Of a stretch of 10,674 nucleotides of DNA, positions 1 to 8,843 are shown one piece after another. Made by a program: the position numbers and the translations under genes. A model generated the notes under the pieces. That model worked only from the letters and a program-made list of their open reading frames with translations, did not search any database and was not told where the DNA came from. Each line of letters starts with the position of its first letter. Position 1 is the first letter of the stretch. The stretch comes from Fusobacteriota bacterium (lineage in GTDB: Bacteria > Fusobacteriota > Fusobacteriia > Fusobacteriales > JBNJFI01): positions 1 to 10,674 of the forward strand of contig JBNJFI010000071.1 in assembly GCA_051746725.1 (NCBI GenBank), given 5' to 3'.

Positions 1-18
1 TATTAATAAAATTTAAAA

Positions 19-1479
19 TTAATTTTGATTTACGATATTACAAACTTCATCAAATTCTTTGTCTATATCTTCGTGCTTTTCTCCCCAAAATATATTCATT
101 ATTAAAATAGTTAATACATTAGCTATAAATCCAGGAACTATCTCATACATATAAGCTCCTAAACCTATCTGTTTCCATATTACTAAAACAACAGTTCCCA
201 CTATCATTCCACCAAGTGCAGATTTCCAATTGGTCTTTTTTGAAAATAACCCAAATAAAACAATTGGTCCAAAAGCAGCTCCAAATCCACCCCAAGCATA
301 AGAAACCATTCCTAAAACTGTACTGTTTTGATCTAAAGCTAAAAATAATGCTATTACAGATATTATTATTACTGAAATTCTACCTACATGTACCAATTCC
401 TCTTGTGAAGCATCTTTTCTAATTACATGATCATAAAAATCTTCTGTTAAAGTAGAAGAAGATACTAATAACTGTGAATCTATTGTAGACATTATTGCAG
501 AAAGAATTGCCGCAAGTAAAATTCCACCTATCCAAGGATTAAATATTTTGGATATCATTTCAATAAATACTCTTTCACTATCTGCTATTTCTGGAAACAT
601 TGGTATTGAAATCAATCCCACAGCAACTGCTCCTATAAGTGAAATGAAAACCCAAACTATTGCAATTGTCATTGCTTTAGGTATTTTTTTTATACTATCT
701 ATACTCATAAATCTAGCTAAAATATGAGGCTGTCCAAAATATCCTAATCCCCAAGCCATTGTAGAAATAATAGCCAAAAAAGGATATTTAGAATCAGGTA
801 TTATATTCATTGAAATATTTTTTATTTCCATAGCTTCTGTTATCCCTGAAGCCCCTCCTACCGTTGTATATGCTAGAATAGGAACTACAATTATAGACAC
901 AAACATTAAGGCTCCTTGAAACAAATCGGTCCAACAAACTGCTAGAAAACCTCCCAAAAAAGTATATAAAATGATAGCTGCTCCTCCTATTATTACTGCC
1001 ATTTTATAATCAATATTAAACATAGACTCAAAAAGCTTTCCAGCTGCAACAAGACCTGACGAAGAATATATCGTAAAAAATATTAATGTAATTATTGCTG
1101 TTATCACTCTAAGTAAACCCGTCGGATCTTTAAATCTATCTTCAAAAAAGGAAGCTAGAGTTAAAGAATTTAATTTTTCTGTATAAATTCTCAATCTTGG
1201 AGATACAAATTTCCAATTTAATACTGTACCTATAAAAAGTCCAACTGCTATCCAAGCCTGAGAAAGACCTCCTAAATAAACTGCTCCAGGTAATCCCATA
1301 AGTAACCAACCGCTCATATCACTTGCTTGAGCTGAAAGTGCCGTTACCCAGGTTCCCATTCCACGCCCACCTAAAAGATAGTCTTCTACATCAACTGTTT
1401 TTTTATAAAAATAAACTCCCACCATCATCAAAAATATAAAATAAATTCCAAATGTTATTAAAGTCTGTATCTGCATCAT
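19..1479 (-). CDS. putP: Sodium/proline symporter (solute:sodium symporter family)
   Basis: 486 aa with many hydrophobic segments; PutP motifs DYLLGGR, ALSAQASDMSGWLLMGLPG, YTFLGGFLAVCWTD, WGLGYFGQPHILARFM, SAIMSTIDSQLLV, VSYAWGGFGAAFGP; AAGGAG RBS at 1487-1492, 7 nt from ATG 1479. Confidence 0.93.
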   Translation of the reverse strand: MMQIQTLITFGIYFIFLMMVGVYFYKKTVDVEDYLLGGRGMGTWVTALSAQASDMSGWLLMGLPGAVYLGGLSQAWIAVGLFIGTVLNWKFVSPRLRIYTEKLNSLTLASFFEDRFKDPTGLLRVITAIITLIFFTIYSSSGLVAAGKLFESMFNIDYKMAVIIGGAAIILYTFLGGFLAVCWTDLFQGALMFVSIIVVPILAYTTVGGASGITEAMEIKNISMNIIPDSKYPFLAIISTMAWGLGYFGQPHILARFMSIDSIKKIPKAMTIAIVWVFISLIGAVAVGLISIPMFPEIADSERVFIEMISKIFNPWIGGILLAAILSAIMSTIDSQLLVSSSTLTEDFYDHVIRKDASQEELVHVGRISVIIISVIALFLALDQNSTVLGMVSYAWGGFGAAFGPIVLFGLFSKKTNWKSALGGMIVGTVVLVIWKQIGLGAYMYEIVPGFIANVLTILIMNIFWGEKHEDIDKEFDEVCNIVNQN

Positions 1480-1506
1480 ATTTTTTCTCCTTTTAGTTTT
1501 TTTTTC

Positions 1507-1536
1507 AAAAAAGAAGGGGCAATTGCCCCTTCTTTT
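1507..1536 (-). terminator. Intrinsic terminator after pheT (symmetric, potentially bidirectional)
   Basis: Perfect 28-bp palindrome AAAAGAAGGGGCAATTGCCCCTTCTTTT at 1509-1536, overlapping the pheT stop codon; U6 tract on the minus strand at 1512-1507. Confidence 0.88.
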
Positions 1537-3922
1537 AACTTCTTAACTCTCCATTATAATCATCAGATATTTTTTTCAATATCTTGTCCATTACTTCTTT
1601 TATCTTCTTTTCTTTTAATGTTCCTTTTTTACTTCTAAATTTTATATTCAAAGCAACATTTTTATATCCATCTTTAATATTTTCTCCTGCATATATATCA
1701 AACAATTCTACACTTTCAACAATATTATCTATATTTTCAATATCTTCTACTAAATCTCCTACCATTTTATCTTCTTCTAAAACAACTGCTAAATCTCGAT
1801 CGACAGCTGGATATTTAATTATCTCTTCATAATTTATCTTTGAACTTGAGTATCTCAAAAGTTTTTCCATATCTATTTGAGCTAAATATACTCTGTTTTT
1901 TATCTTCATATTGTCTAAAACATCTGGGTGAATTTCTCCAAAAGTTCCAATACAATCATGACCAACAAATATATCAGCAACCCTTCCTGGATGATAAGTC
2001 TTATCTGAACTAACTTTTAATTTATAATTAGATAATCCAACTGATTCAAATAATTCTTCCAAATATCCTTTTAATTTATAAAAATCATATTGCTTAGGCT
2101 TAGATTCCCATATATGCCTATTTTGAGATCCTGCTAGAGAAATTCCAATTTTAAGCTTCTCTTCTTCCTTAAAATAAACTTTTCCTACTTCAAATATTTT
2201 CAAATCTTCTATATTATTATTAAAATTATCCTTTATATTTGTAAGCAAACTATACTCTAAAGTTGGCCTCATTAGAGCCATCTCTTCGCTGATAGGATTT
2301 TTCACACTAACAGTTTCTTTCATTTTTTTCTCATCTTTTTTTAATATTTTAATTGAATCTTCTGAGATAAAACTATAATTTATAACTTCTTGTAACCCTA
2401 AATTTCTCAACTCTTTTTTGACTCGCCTTGTATTATACAAATCTTTAGATATTTTACCGGATTTTATGTCTTCCTTTGGCATAATTGGCTCAATATTTTC
2501 AAATCCATACATTCTAGTTATCTCTTCATATATATCAGCTTTTCTTTCTATATCTAATCTATAAGTAGGAGCTATAACTTCTATATTATTATCTTCTTTT
2601 TTGATAACCTCCATATTAAGACCATTTAAAATCTCATAAATTTTTTGAGCTTCAATCTCTTTACCTATAAATTTATTTATTTTATCCAAATTAACTGTTA
2701 CTTTAGATTTTGTTCCTTCTTCTAATTTTTCTTCTAAAATACCTTTAAGTATTCTTCCACCTGCAACCTCTTGAATTAATTTTGCTGCTCTATTAATTAC
2801 AAACTCAGTATCAGCTATATCGATTCCTCTTTCAAATCTATATGAGGCATCTGTAGATAGTTTATAATCTTTAGAACTCTGTCTTATATTTTCAGGATTA
2901 AAATGAGCAACTTCTAAGACTATATCTTTGGTATCATCTGTAACCTCTGAATTAGCTCCGCCCATTATTCCTGCCATTGCCAAGGCTTTTTTTTCATCAC
3001 TAATTACCAAAGTATCTTTATTTAATTCTCTTAATTCACCATCTAAAGTTTCAATTTTTTCATTTTCCATTGCATTTCGAACTGTTATTTTCTTACCATC
3101 TATTTTAGAATAATCAAATGCATGCATAGGATGACCTGTTTCCATTAATACATAGTTAGTAACATCTACAACATTATTAATGCTTTTAAGCCCCATTGCC
3201 TGTAACTTCGATTTTAACCATTTAGGAGATTCTTTTATTTCGATATCCTTTATTATTCTAGTTGCATATCGTTTAGATAAATCTTTATTTTTTATTTCCA
3301 CATCTAAATTGTCAGCAGTGGACTCAGAATCTTCATTTATAGCAGTATCAGGCAATATTAATTCTCTCCCATAATATGCCGAAAGCTCACGAGCTATTCC
3401 CAAATGTGATAAACAATCAGGTCTATTTGGTGTTATTTCTAATTCAAAAACAACATCATCAATATCTAAATATTTTTTAAGTTCTTCTCCTATTGGTGCC
3501 TCTTTATCTAGTATAATAACTCCATCACTATCTTCTGATATTCCAAGTTCTTTCCCAGAACAGATCATTCCAACAGATTGAACTCCTCTAATTTTTGCTT
3601 TTTTGATTTTGAAACCACCTGGCAATTCGGCTCCTACCTTTGCGACAGCTACCTTATCTCCTTCTCTATGGTTTGGAGCTCCACAAATAATACTTAAATT
3701 TTCATCTTCTCCAACATTAACCTGACATAATGTCAATTTATCTGCATTGGGGTGATCTTCTAATTTCGTTATTTTTCCAATAACAACATCGTCTAAATTT
3801 TCTCCTAAATGATCAATCTTTTCAACTTCTTGACCAATCATAGTTAATGCATTTTCTAGTTCTTTTATCCCTTTATCTTCTATTTTAACATACTGATTTA
3901 ACCAATTTAATGATATTAGCAT
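1535..3922 (-). CDS. pheT: Phenylalanine--tRNA ligase beta subunit
   Basis: 795 aa; MLISLNWL start, HPNADKL/ICGAPN OB-fold, ELEITPNRPDCLSHLGIARE, SYRFERG, DIYEEITRMYG, C-terminal YPAVDRDLAVV anticodon-binding domain; follows pheS; AGGAGGA RBS at 3927-3933. Confidence 0.98.
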   Translation of the reverse strand: MLISLNWLNQYVKIEDKGIKELENALTMIGQEVEKIDHLGENLDDVVIGKITKLEDHPNADKLTLCQVNVGEDENLSIICGAPNHREGDKVAVAKVGAELPGGFKIKKAKIRGVQSVGMICSGKELGISEDSDGVIILDKEAPIGEELKKYLDIDDVVFELEITPNRPDCLSHLGIARELSAYYGRELILPDTAINEDSESTADNLDVEIKNKDLSKRYATRIIKDIEIKESPKWLKSKLQAMGLKSINNVVDVTNYVLMETGHPMHAFDYSKIDGKKITVRNAMENEKIETLDGELRELNKDTLVISDEKKALAMAGIMGGANSEVTDDTKDIVLEVAHFNPENIRQSSKDYKLSTDASYRFERGIDIADTEFVINRAAKLIQEVAGGRILKGILEEKLEEGTKSKVTVNLDKINKFIGKEIEAQKIYEILNGLNMEVIKKEDNNIEVIAPTYRLDIERKADIYEEITRMYGFENIEPIMPKEDIKSGKISKDLYNTRRVKKELRNLGLQEVINYSFISEDSIKILKKDEKKMKETVSVKNPISEEMALMRPTLEYSLLTNIKDNFNNNIEDLKIFEVGKVYFKEEEKLKIGISLAGSQNRHIWESKPKQYDFYKLKGYLEELFESVGLSNYKLKVSSDKTYHPGRVADIFVGHDCIGTFGEIHPDVLDNMKIKNRVYLAQIDMEKLLRYSSSKINYEEIIKYPAVDRDLAVVLEEDKMVGDLVEDIENIDNIVESVELFDIYAGENIKDGYKNVALNIKFRSKKGTLKEKKIKEVMDKILKKISDDYNGELRS

Positions 3923-3973
3923 TCTTTCCTCCTATTTTTTCTTGATTCCTTTTGATTCTTTATATACTTATAT

Positions 3974-4999
3974 TTAATTTTTCTTTCTAAATTGCTTTAA
4001 AAATCTCATATCATTTTCATAAAATGCTCTGAGATCACTTATTCCATGTCGAAGCATTGCAATTCTTTCTATTCCCATACCAAATGCAAAACCAGTATAT
4101 TTTTCTGTATCATATCCAACTTCTTCCAATACGTTAGGGTCTACCATACCACATCCCATTATTTCTAACCAACCAGTTCCGCTACATAATCTACAACCTT
4201 TCCCACCACACACAGTACATTCTACATCCATCTCTGCAGATGGTTCTGTAAATGGAAAAAAGTGAGGTCTAAACCTTGTATTTTTATCTCCAAATATTTC
4301 TTGAACAAATTCTATTAAAACTGCTTTAAGATTTGCAAATGAGATATCTTCTCCTACCATCAATCCTTCTATCTGATGAAACATTGGAGTATGTGATACA
4401 TCATAGTCTGCTCTATAAACTTTTCCAGGACATACCATTCTAAAAGGAGGTTTTTTCTCTTTCATATACCTTATCTGTACAGGAGATGTATGTGTTCTTA
4501 AAACTAAATCTTCTTCTACATAAAAGGTATCTTGTAAATCTCTAGATGGATGGGATTCAGGTATATTTAATGCGTCAAAATTATAGTATTCATTTTCAAT
4601 TTCTGGTCCACTGGCTATATCAAATCCCATTTTCAAAAATAAATCTTCTATCTTTTCAAAAGTCTCTGTAACAGGATGCAAATTACCTAGTTCAGGCTTT
4701 TTGCCAGGTAAAGTTATATCTAAAGTTTCTTTTTTGATTTTTTCTTTTTTTCTCTTTTCTTTTAATTCTTCAAACTTATTTTCAAATTCATTTGTTATAA
4801 AATCTCTTGTTTTATTTGCAACTTTACCTATTTTAGGTCTAGCGTCTTTAGAAAGGTCTTTCATTCCTCTTAGTATATTCTTCAATTTTCCTTTTTTTCC
4901 TAATATTTTAACCCTTAGCTTATCTAATTCCTCTAAATCATTAATTTTAGAAATCTTTTCTTCTACATTATTCTTTAAATCCAATATCTTCTTTTTCAT
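3974..4999 (-). CDS. pheS: Phenylalanine--tRNA ligase alpha subunit
   Basis: Motifs HPSRDLQDTFY, LRTHTSPVQIR, HTPMFHQIEG, FFPFTEPSAE, CxxCGGKGCxxC, GFAFGMGIERIAML; start set at ATG 4999 because AGGAGG (5006-5011) is 6 nt from it but only 3 nt from the track's TTG at 5002. Confidence 0.98.
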   Translation of the reverse strand: MKKKILDLKNNVEEKISKINDLEELDKLRVKILGKKGKLKNILRGMKDLSKDARPKIGKVANKTRDFITNEFENKFEELKEKRKKEKIKKETLDITLPGKKPELGNLHPVTETFEKIEDLFLKMGFDIASGPEIENEYYNFDALNIPESHPSRDLQDTFYVEEDLVLRTHTSPVQIRYMKEKKPPFRMVCPGKVYRADYDVSHTPMFHQIEGLMVGEDISFANLKAVLIEFVQEIFGDKNTRFRPHFFPFTEPSAEMDVECTVCGGKGCRLCSGTGWLEIMGCGMVDPNVLEEVGYDTEKYTGFAFGMGIERIAMLRHGISDLRAFYENDMRFLKQFRKKN

Positions 5000-5036
5000 C
5001 AAGTTCCTCCTATATTTTTGTTCGTTTTATACAAAT

Positions 5037-5753
5037 CTAATCTATTATAAACTCTGTATGTACAGTAACAGTTATTTCTTTTTTCCTAGTTGAAGTATCA
5101 TACATTCCATAACTACTCACTCTTGTAGAATATGGTTCTGTTATTTGAAATACTCCTGATCTAACTGACAATATTTTCTTTATGTTTATATTTGTATTTT
5201 TTAACATTTGAATTGCTCTTTCTTTTGCATTTGCAGTTGCCGAAGAAAGTAATTCTTTTTTTATTTCATCTACGTCAGTATTAAAGTATTCAAGATTAGA
5301 ATATTTTATAAAAATATCTGCTTCAAATATTTTTTCAGGATTCAAGGCTAGTTTTTCTATAATATCAACCTTTTTTGAAATTATATAGACTTGTTGATTA
5401 AATATATTTTGAACAGTAACTCCCTTGTTATCATTTTTATCTAATATATTTACAGGTTTAAAATTCATAGCATCAGTTGAAATACCATTTTGAACTAAAA
5501 TTTCTTCTAGTTTTTTTCTGCTTTCAGTGAGTTTTTTATAACCCTCTTTTTTATTTTCTATATCGACTGTTTCCTGTAGAGTAATTTTCCATTTCACCAT
5601 ATTTGAAGTATATTCTTTTTTGGCACTTCCCACTACTTTTATCGTTTTGGTTTTTTCTCTACTTTTAAATAAATAAAAACCAAAAATAATAGACGAAATT
5701 ATAAGGGCTATTCCCAATAAAATAGATCCCCATATTATACCATCTTTATTCAT
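5037..5753 (-). CDS. SIMPL/DUF541-domain protein with N-terminal membrane anchor or signal
   Basis: 238 aa; hydrophobic residues ~5-29, then TIKVVGSAKKE, IKKELLSSATANAKERA and GVFQIT...KEITVTVHTEF, matching the SIMPL/DUF541 pattern as I recall it; GGAGG RBS at 5761-5765. Confidence 0.8.
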   Translation of the reverse strand: MNKDGIIWGSILLGIALIISSIIFGFYLFKSREKTKTIKVVGSAKKEYTSNMVKWKITLQETVDIENKKEGYKKLTESRKKLEEILVQNGISTDAMNFKPVNILDKNDNKGVTVQNIFNQQVYIISKKVDIIEKLALNPEKIFEADIFIKYSNLEYFNTDVDEIKKELLSSATANAKERAIQMLKNTNINIKKILSVRSGVFQITEPYSTRVSSYGMYDTSTRKKEITVTVHTEFIID

Positions 5754-5770
5754 ATCTAAACCTCCATTAT

Positions 5771-7492
5771 TTAGGATATCTCATTTTCTAATTTATCAAC
5801 TTTATTTTTTAAAACATCTATGTTTCCATTATCAGATAAAAACACATTTATATCTTTAACTAATTTTTCTATTTTTTCTTTTTTTGATTTTTCCATTTTT
5901 CCTTTTTTCAATCTCAATATTCGATTAGCTCTTGAAACAATTGATTCTGCTCTTTCTCGAGACTCTATTTCTTGTCGTTTTAATTTATCTTCTTCACTAA
6001 ACTTTTTTGCCTCATTAATCATCTCTTCTATTTCTTCATCTTTTAAAGAATATGAGTTGCTGATAGTTATATTTTTTTCTTTTCCTGTATCCAAATCATG
6101 AGCCGATATATTCAATATTCCATCAACATCTATATCAAATTCAACTTCTATTCTAGGCTCTCCTGCTTTTGCTTTCCTTATATTTTGCAATTCAAATTTT
6201 CCTAAGCTAATATTATCCTTTGCAAATTCTCTTTCACCTTGAATTATTTTTATCTCTACACTATCTTGGTTATCTGTAACTGTGGTATAAATTTTAGACT
6301 CTGTAGTTGGTATGACTGTATTTCTTTCAATTACAGTTGAAACCAAACCATTTTCTGTTTCAATACCCAAAGTTAAAGGAGTTACATCGACTAAAACGAT
6401 TCCTTTTATATCTTCAGATAACACTCCTGCTTGAATTGCAGCTCCTGTGGCAACTATTTCATCTGGATTTATCCCTTTTGTTATTTCATTATCAAATATA
6501 TCAGTTAATATTTCCTCTACCAAAGGAATTCTAGTAGAACCTCCTACTAAAAGAATTTTATCAATTTCTTTTTCTGTTAAACTAGCATCTTCCAAAGCTT
6601 TATTTATTGGATTAATAGTTTCTTCTACCAAATCTGTTATGAGGTTTTCAAAGTTATTCCTAGTTAACTCCATATCCAAATGTAAAGGACCTTTTTCATT
6701 TGCAGATATAAATGGGGCATTTATTTTTACACTTTTTGTTTCAGATAATTGTTTCTTAGCTTTTTCTGCTTCAACTTTTATAGTTTGCATTGCCATTTTG
6801 TCCTCTGAGAGGTCTATACCGGTTTCTGTTTTGAACTCACTTACTATATGATCTATAATCTTTTTATCAAAATCATCTCCACCTAAATCATTAATACCAT
6901 TGGTAGATCTAACTTCAATCGTTTTATTACCTTCTATTGTGGTAATTTCTAATATAGAAACATCAAAAGTTCCACCACCTAAATCATATACTAAAACTGT
7001 CTGATCTTCTTCTTTATCCAGTCCATAAGCCAAAGCTGCAGCAGTAGGTTCATTTATTATTCGTTTAACATCTAATCCTGCTATTTTCCCTGCATCTTTG
7101 GTAGCTTGTCTTTGAGCATCACTAAAATAAGCAGGGACTGTTATTACAGCTTCACTAATAGGTTCTCCTAAATAATCTTCAGCATCTGATTTCATCTTTT
7201 CCAAAATAAATGCTGATATTTGTTGTGGAGAATATTTTTTCCCATTAATATCAAATTTTTTATTTTCTCCCATAAATCGCTTAGCAGAACGAACTGTATT
7301 TTCAGCATTGAGTACAACTTGATTTTTAGCAATATCTCCAACTAGAAGTTCGCCTTCATCAGAAAATGATACAATTGAAGGTGTTGTCCTTTTACCTTGT
7401 GAGTTTACTATTATTTCGGCAGTATCATCGTCTTTCAAAAAAGACATACAAGAATTTGTTGTTCCTAAATCAATTCCTAAAATTCTTCCCAT
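5771..7492 (-). CDS. dnaK: Hsp70/DnaK-family chaperone, divergent, probably a secondary paralog
   Basis: 573 aa; signatures [51 protein letters not shown], linker IVLVDVTPL; family assignment is secure, orthology to housekeeping dnaK is doubtful; AGGGG RBS at 7500-7504. Confidence 0.9.
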   Translation of the reverse strand: MGRILGIDLGTTNSCMSFLKDDDTAEIIVNSQGKRTTPSIVSFSDEGELLVGDIAKNQVVLNAENTVRSAKRFMGENKKFDINGKKYSPQQISAFILEKMKSDAEDYLGEPISEAVITVPAYFSDAQRQATKDAGKIAGLDVKRIINEPTAAALAYGLDKEEDQTVLVYDLGGGTFDVSILEITTIEGNKTIEVRSTNGINDLGGDDFDKKIIDHIVSEFKTETGIDLSEDKMAMQTIKVEAEKAKKQLSETKSVKINAPFISANEKGPLHLDMELTRNNFENLITDLVEETINPINKALEDASLTEKEIDKILLVGGSTRIPLVEEILTDIFDNEITKGINPDEIVATGAAIQAGVLSEDIKGIVLVDVTPLTLGIETENGLVSTVIERNTVIPTTESKIYTTVTDNQDSVEIKIIQGEREFAKDNISLGKFELQNIRKAKAGEPRIEVEFDIDVDGILNISAHDLDTGKEKNITISNSYSLKDEEIEEMINEAKKFSEEDKLKRQEIESRERAESIVSRANRILRLKKGKMEKSKKEKIEKLVKDINVFLSDNGNIDVLKNKVDKLENEIS

Positions 7493-7504
7493 TATCTATC
7501 CCCT

Positions 7505-7960
7505 TTATATTTTATAATGTTTAAATTCTAAATTCTCATCATCCATTTCAATTACACCATATTCTCCATCCTTAACTGCACCTGGATTAAATAAATGCAC
7601 CTTTTCATATTCAAAATATTCCTGAAGATGAGTATGACCAAAAATTACGATATCATATTTGTCTTTGGCATAATTTATTAAATCGTTATAACTCGATTTA
7701 ACGCCAAACAGATGTCCATGGGTCAAAAAAAACTTTCTTTCCTTTATTTTTGTTTCTATCTTTGTAGGTGTTTTATAATCTTGTCTATCTGTATTTCCTT
7801 TCACAATAAATGTTTTTTTAACATTTGCAATATAAGATAATTCAATACCATCTTTGCTAAAATCTCCACAAAAAAATATATAATCTGGCTTTTCTTTATT
7901 ATATATCTTATTTAACTTTAAAAAATCCCCATGGCTATCTGATAATACTAATATTTTCAA
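7505..7960 (-). CDS. YfcE/MJ0936-family metallophosphoesterase (calcineurin-like fold)
   Basis: 151 aa with all metal-binding motifs: SDSHG, CGD, KGNTD, THGH, FGHTH, then NPG; TTG start supported by AAGGAG at 7967-7972. Confidence 0.9.
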   Translation of the reverse strand: MKILVLSDSHGDFLKLNKIYNKEKPDYIFFCGDFSKDGIELSYIANVKKTFIVKGNTDRQDYKTPTKIETKIKERKFFLTHGHLFGVKSSYNDLINYAKDKYDIVIFGHTHLQEYFEYEKVHLFNPGAVKDGEYGVIEMDDENLEFKHYKI

Positions 7961-7979
7961 CTTTGTCTCCTTAAATTTA

Positions 7980-8750
7980 TTATGAAATAAAAATTGGCTT
8001 TTCTATTTCTTTTAATAATTTTATACCTAATTTTCCTCTTATCTTTTCCATCATAAAAGAATGTCTCAGATTTCCCATAATCAGCATATCATTTTTTTCT
8101 AACTCCTTTTCAACCTCTTCCATTTCGTCACCATCTCTAGTTAAAAATTCATACTTAAACTTTGTTTTAACCATGTAATCACTAAGTGGTTCATCTTTTT
8201 CCAAATTAAGACTCAAAATATTTATCTTATTTACTTGATGGAAAATTTTTATAAATTCAAAAAAGCTTTTATTAGCATTCTTTTCCAAATCATTGACAAA
8301 AAGAACATTTTCTAACTTAAATTCTGTCTTATTAGGGACTAATATAACTGGTTTTATATGGGTCCTTAATATGTTTTTTGTAATATTCCCCAATTTATTA
8401 TCATTCGCCACTAAAACTAAATCATATCCTCTAAGTTCTTCTTTCAAAACATCTTCTATTATTCCCTCTCTCGAAATAAAATTAGAAGCCTTAAAATCTT
8501 TAATAAACTTAGACTTTATCTCCTTAACTTTTTTGCTTTCAATTTTTTCCCATTCTTCAATAAGGTAATTTGCAGAATTATCTACCATTATCCCTTCCAT
8601 TCCTGATGGTATGACCTCATATTTTTTAATATCTTTTACATAAAGTCCATCTACTTCAATATTGAACTTTTCTTTTAAAAGTTTTGCATAACTTAATAAA
8701 TTATCTATTCTCCCCTGGTCTTTAAAATAAATTAAAATTCTGTTTATCAT
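7980..8750 (-). CDS. Universal stress protein-like protein with two tandem degenerate Usp domains
   Basis: 256 aa; repeated Usp-like pattern RILIYF...YDLVLV...ILRTHIKPVILVP and NVLFVND...DMLIMG...LLKEIEKPIFIS; GAGAGGGG RBS at 8758-8765. Confidence 0.7.
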   Translation of the reverse strand: MINRILIYFKDQGRIDNLLSYAKLLKEKFNIEVDGLYVKDIKKYEVIPSGMEGIMVDNSANYLIEEWEKIESKKVKEIKSKFIKDFKASNFISREGIIEDVLKEELRGYDLVLVANDNKLGNITKNILRTHIKPVILVPNKTEFKLENVLFVNDLEKNANKSFFEFIKIFHQVNKINILSLNLEKDEPLSDYMVKTKFKYEFLTRDGDEMEEVEKELEKNDMLIMGNLRHSFMMEKIRGKLGIKLLKEIEKPIFIS

Positions 8751-8814
8751 TTTTATTCCCCTCTCTTATAAGTTTAATAATTTTAAATTCCCACCGATAA
8801 TAACACCTTAATTT

Positions 8815-8843
8815 ATTATACCATAAAATTCTTAGGACCTCAA
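8815..8843 (-). promoter_or_regulatory. sigma70/sigmaA promoter for the usp...pheT run
   Basis: Minus strand TTGAGG (8843-8838), 17-nt spacer, TATAAT (8820-8815) with extended -10 TG at 8823-8822; lies between the argH terminator and the usp RBS. Confidence 0.8.

Noticed and set aside
3941..3960. Imperfect 10-bp tandem repeat CTTGATTCCT/TTTGATTCTT between pheS and pheT
   Set aside because: Two short imperfect copies in AT-rich DNA; no structure or further copies seen
4183..4218. CxxCGGKGCxxC motif in PheS, resembling a DnaJ-like zinc-finger repeat
   Set aside because: This is a known feature of PheS in many low-GC bacteria and not a J-protein remnant
5044..5049. TATAAT just upstream of pheS inside the SIMPL gene
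   Set aside because: No -35 at 17 nt (ACTGTT) and no extended -10 TG, so not called as a promoter; kept only as an alternative in the pheST finding
5754..5790. Possibility that the short Hsp70 is a pseudogene or frameshifted
   Set aside because: The ORF is continuous with catalytic residues intact; the stop is followed within 17 nt by the next RBS and ATG, leaving no leftover tail sequence
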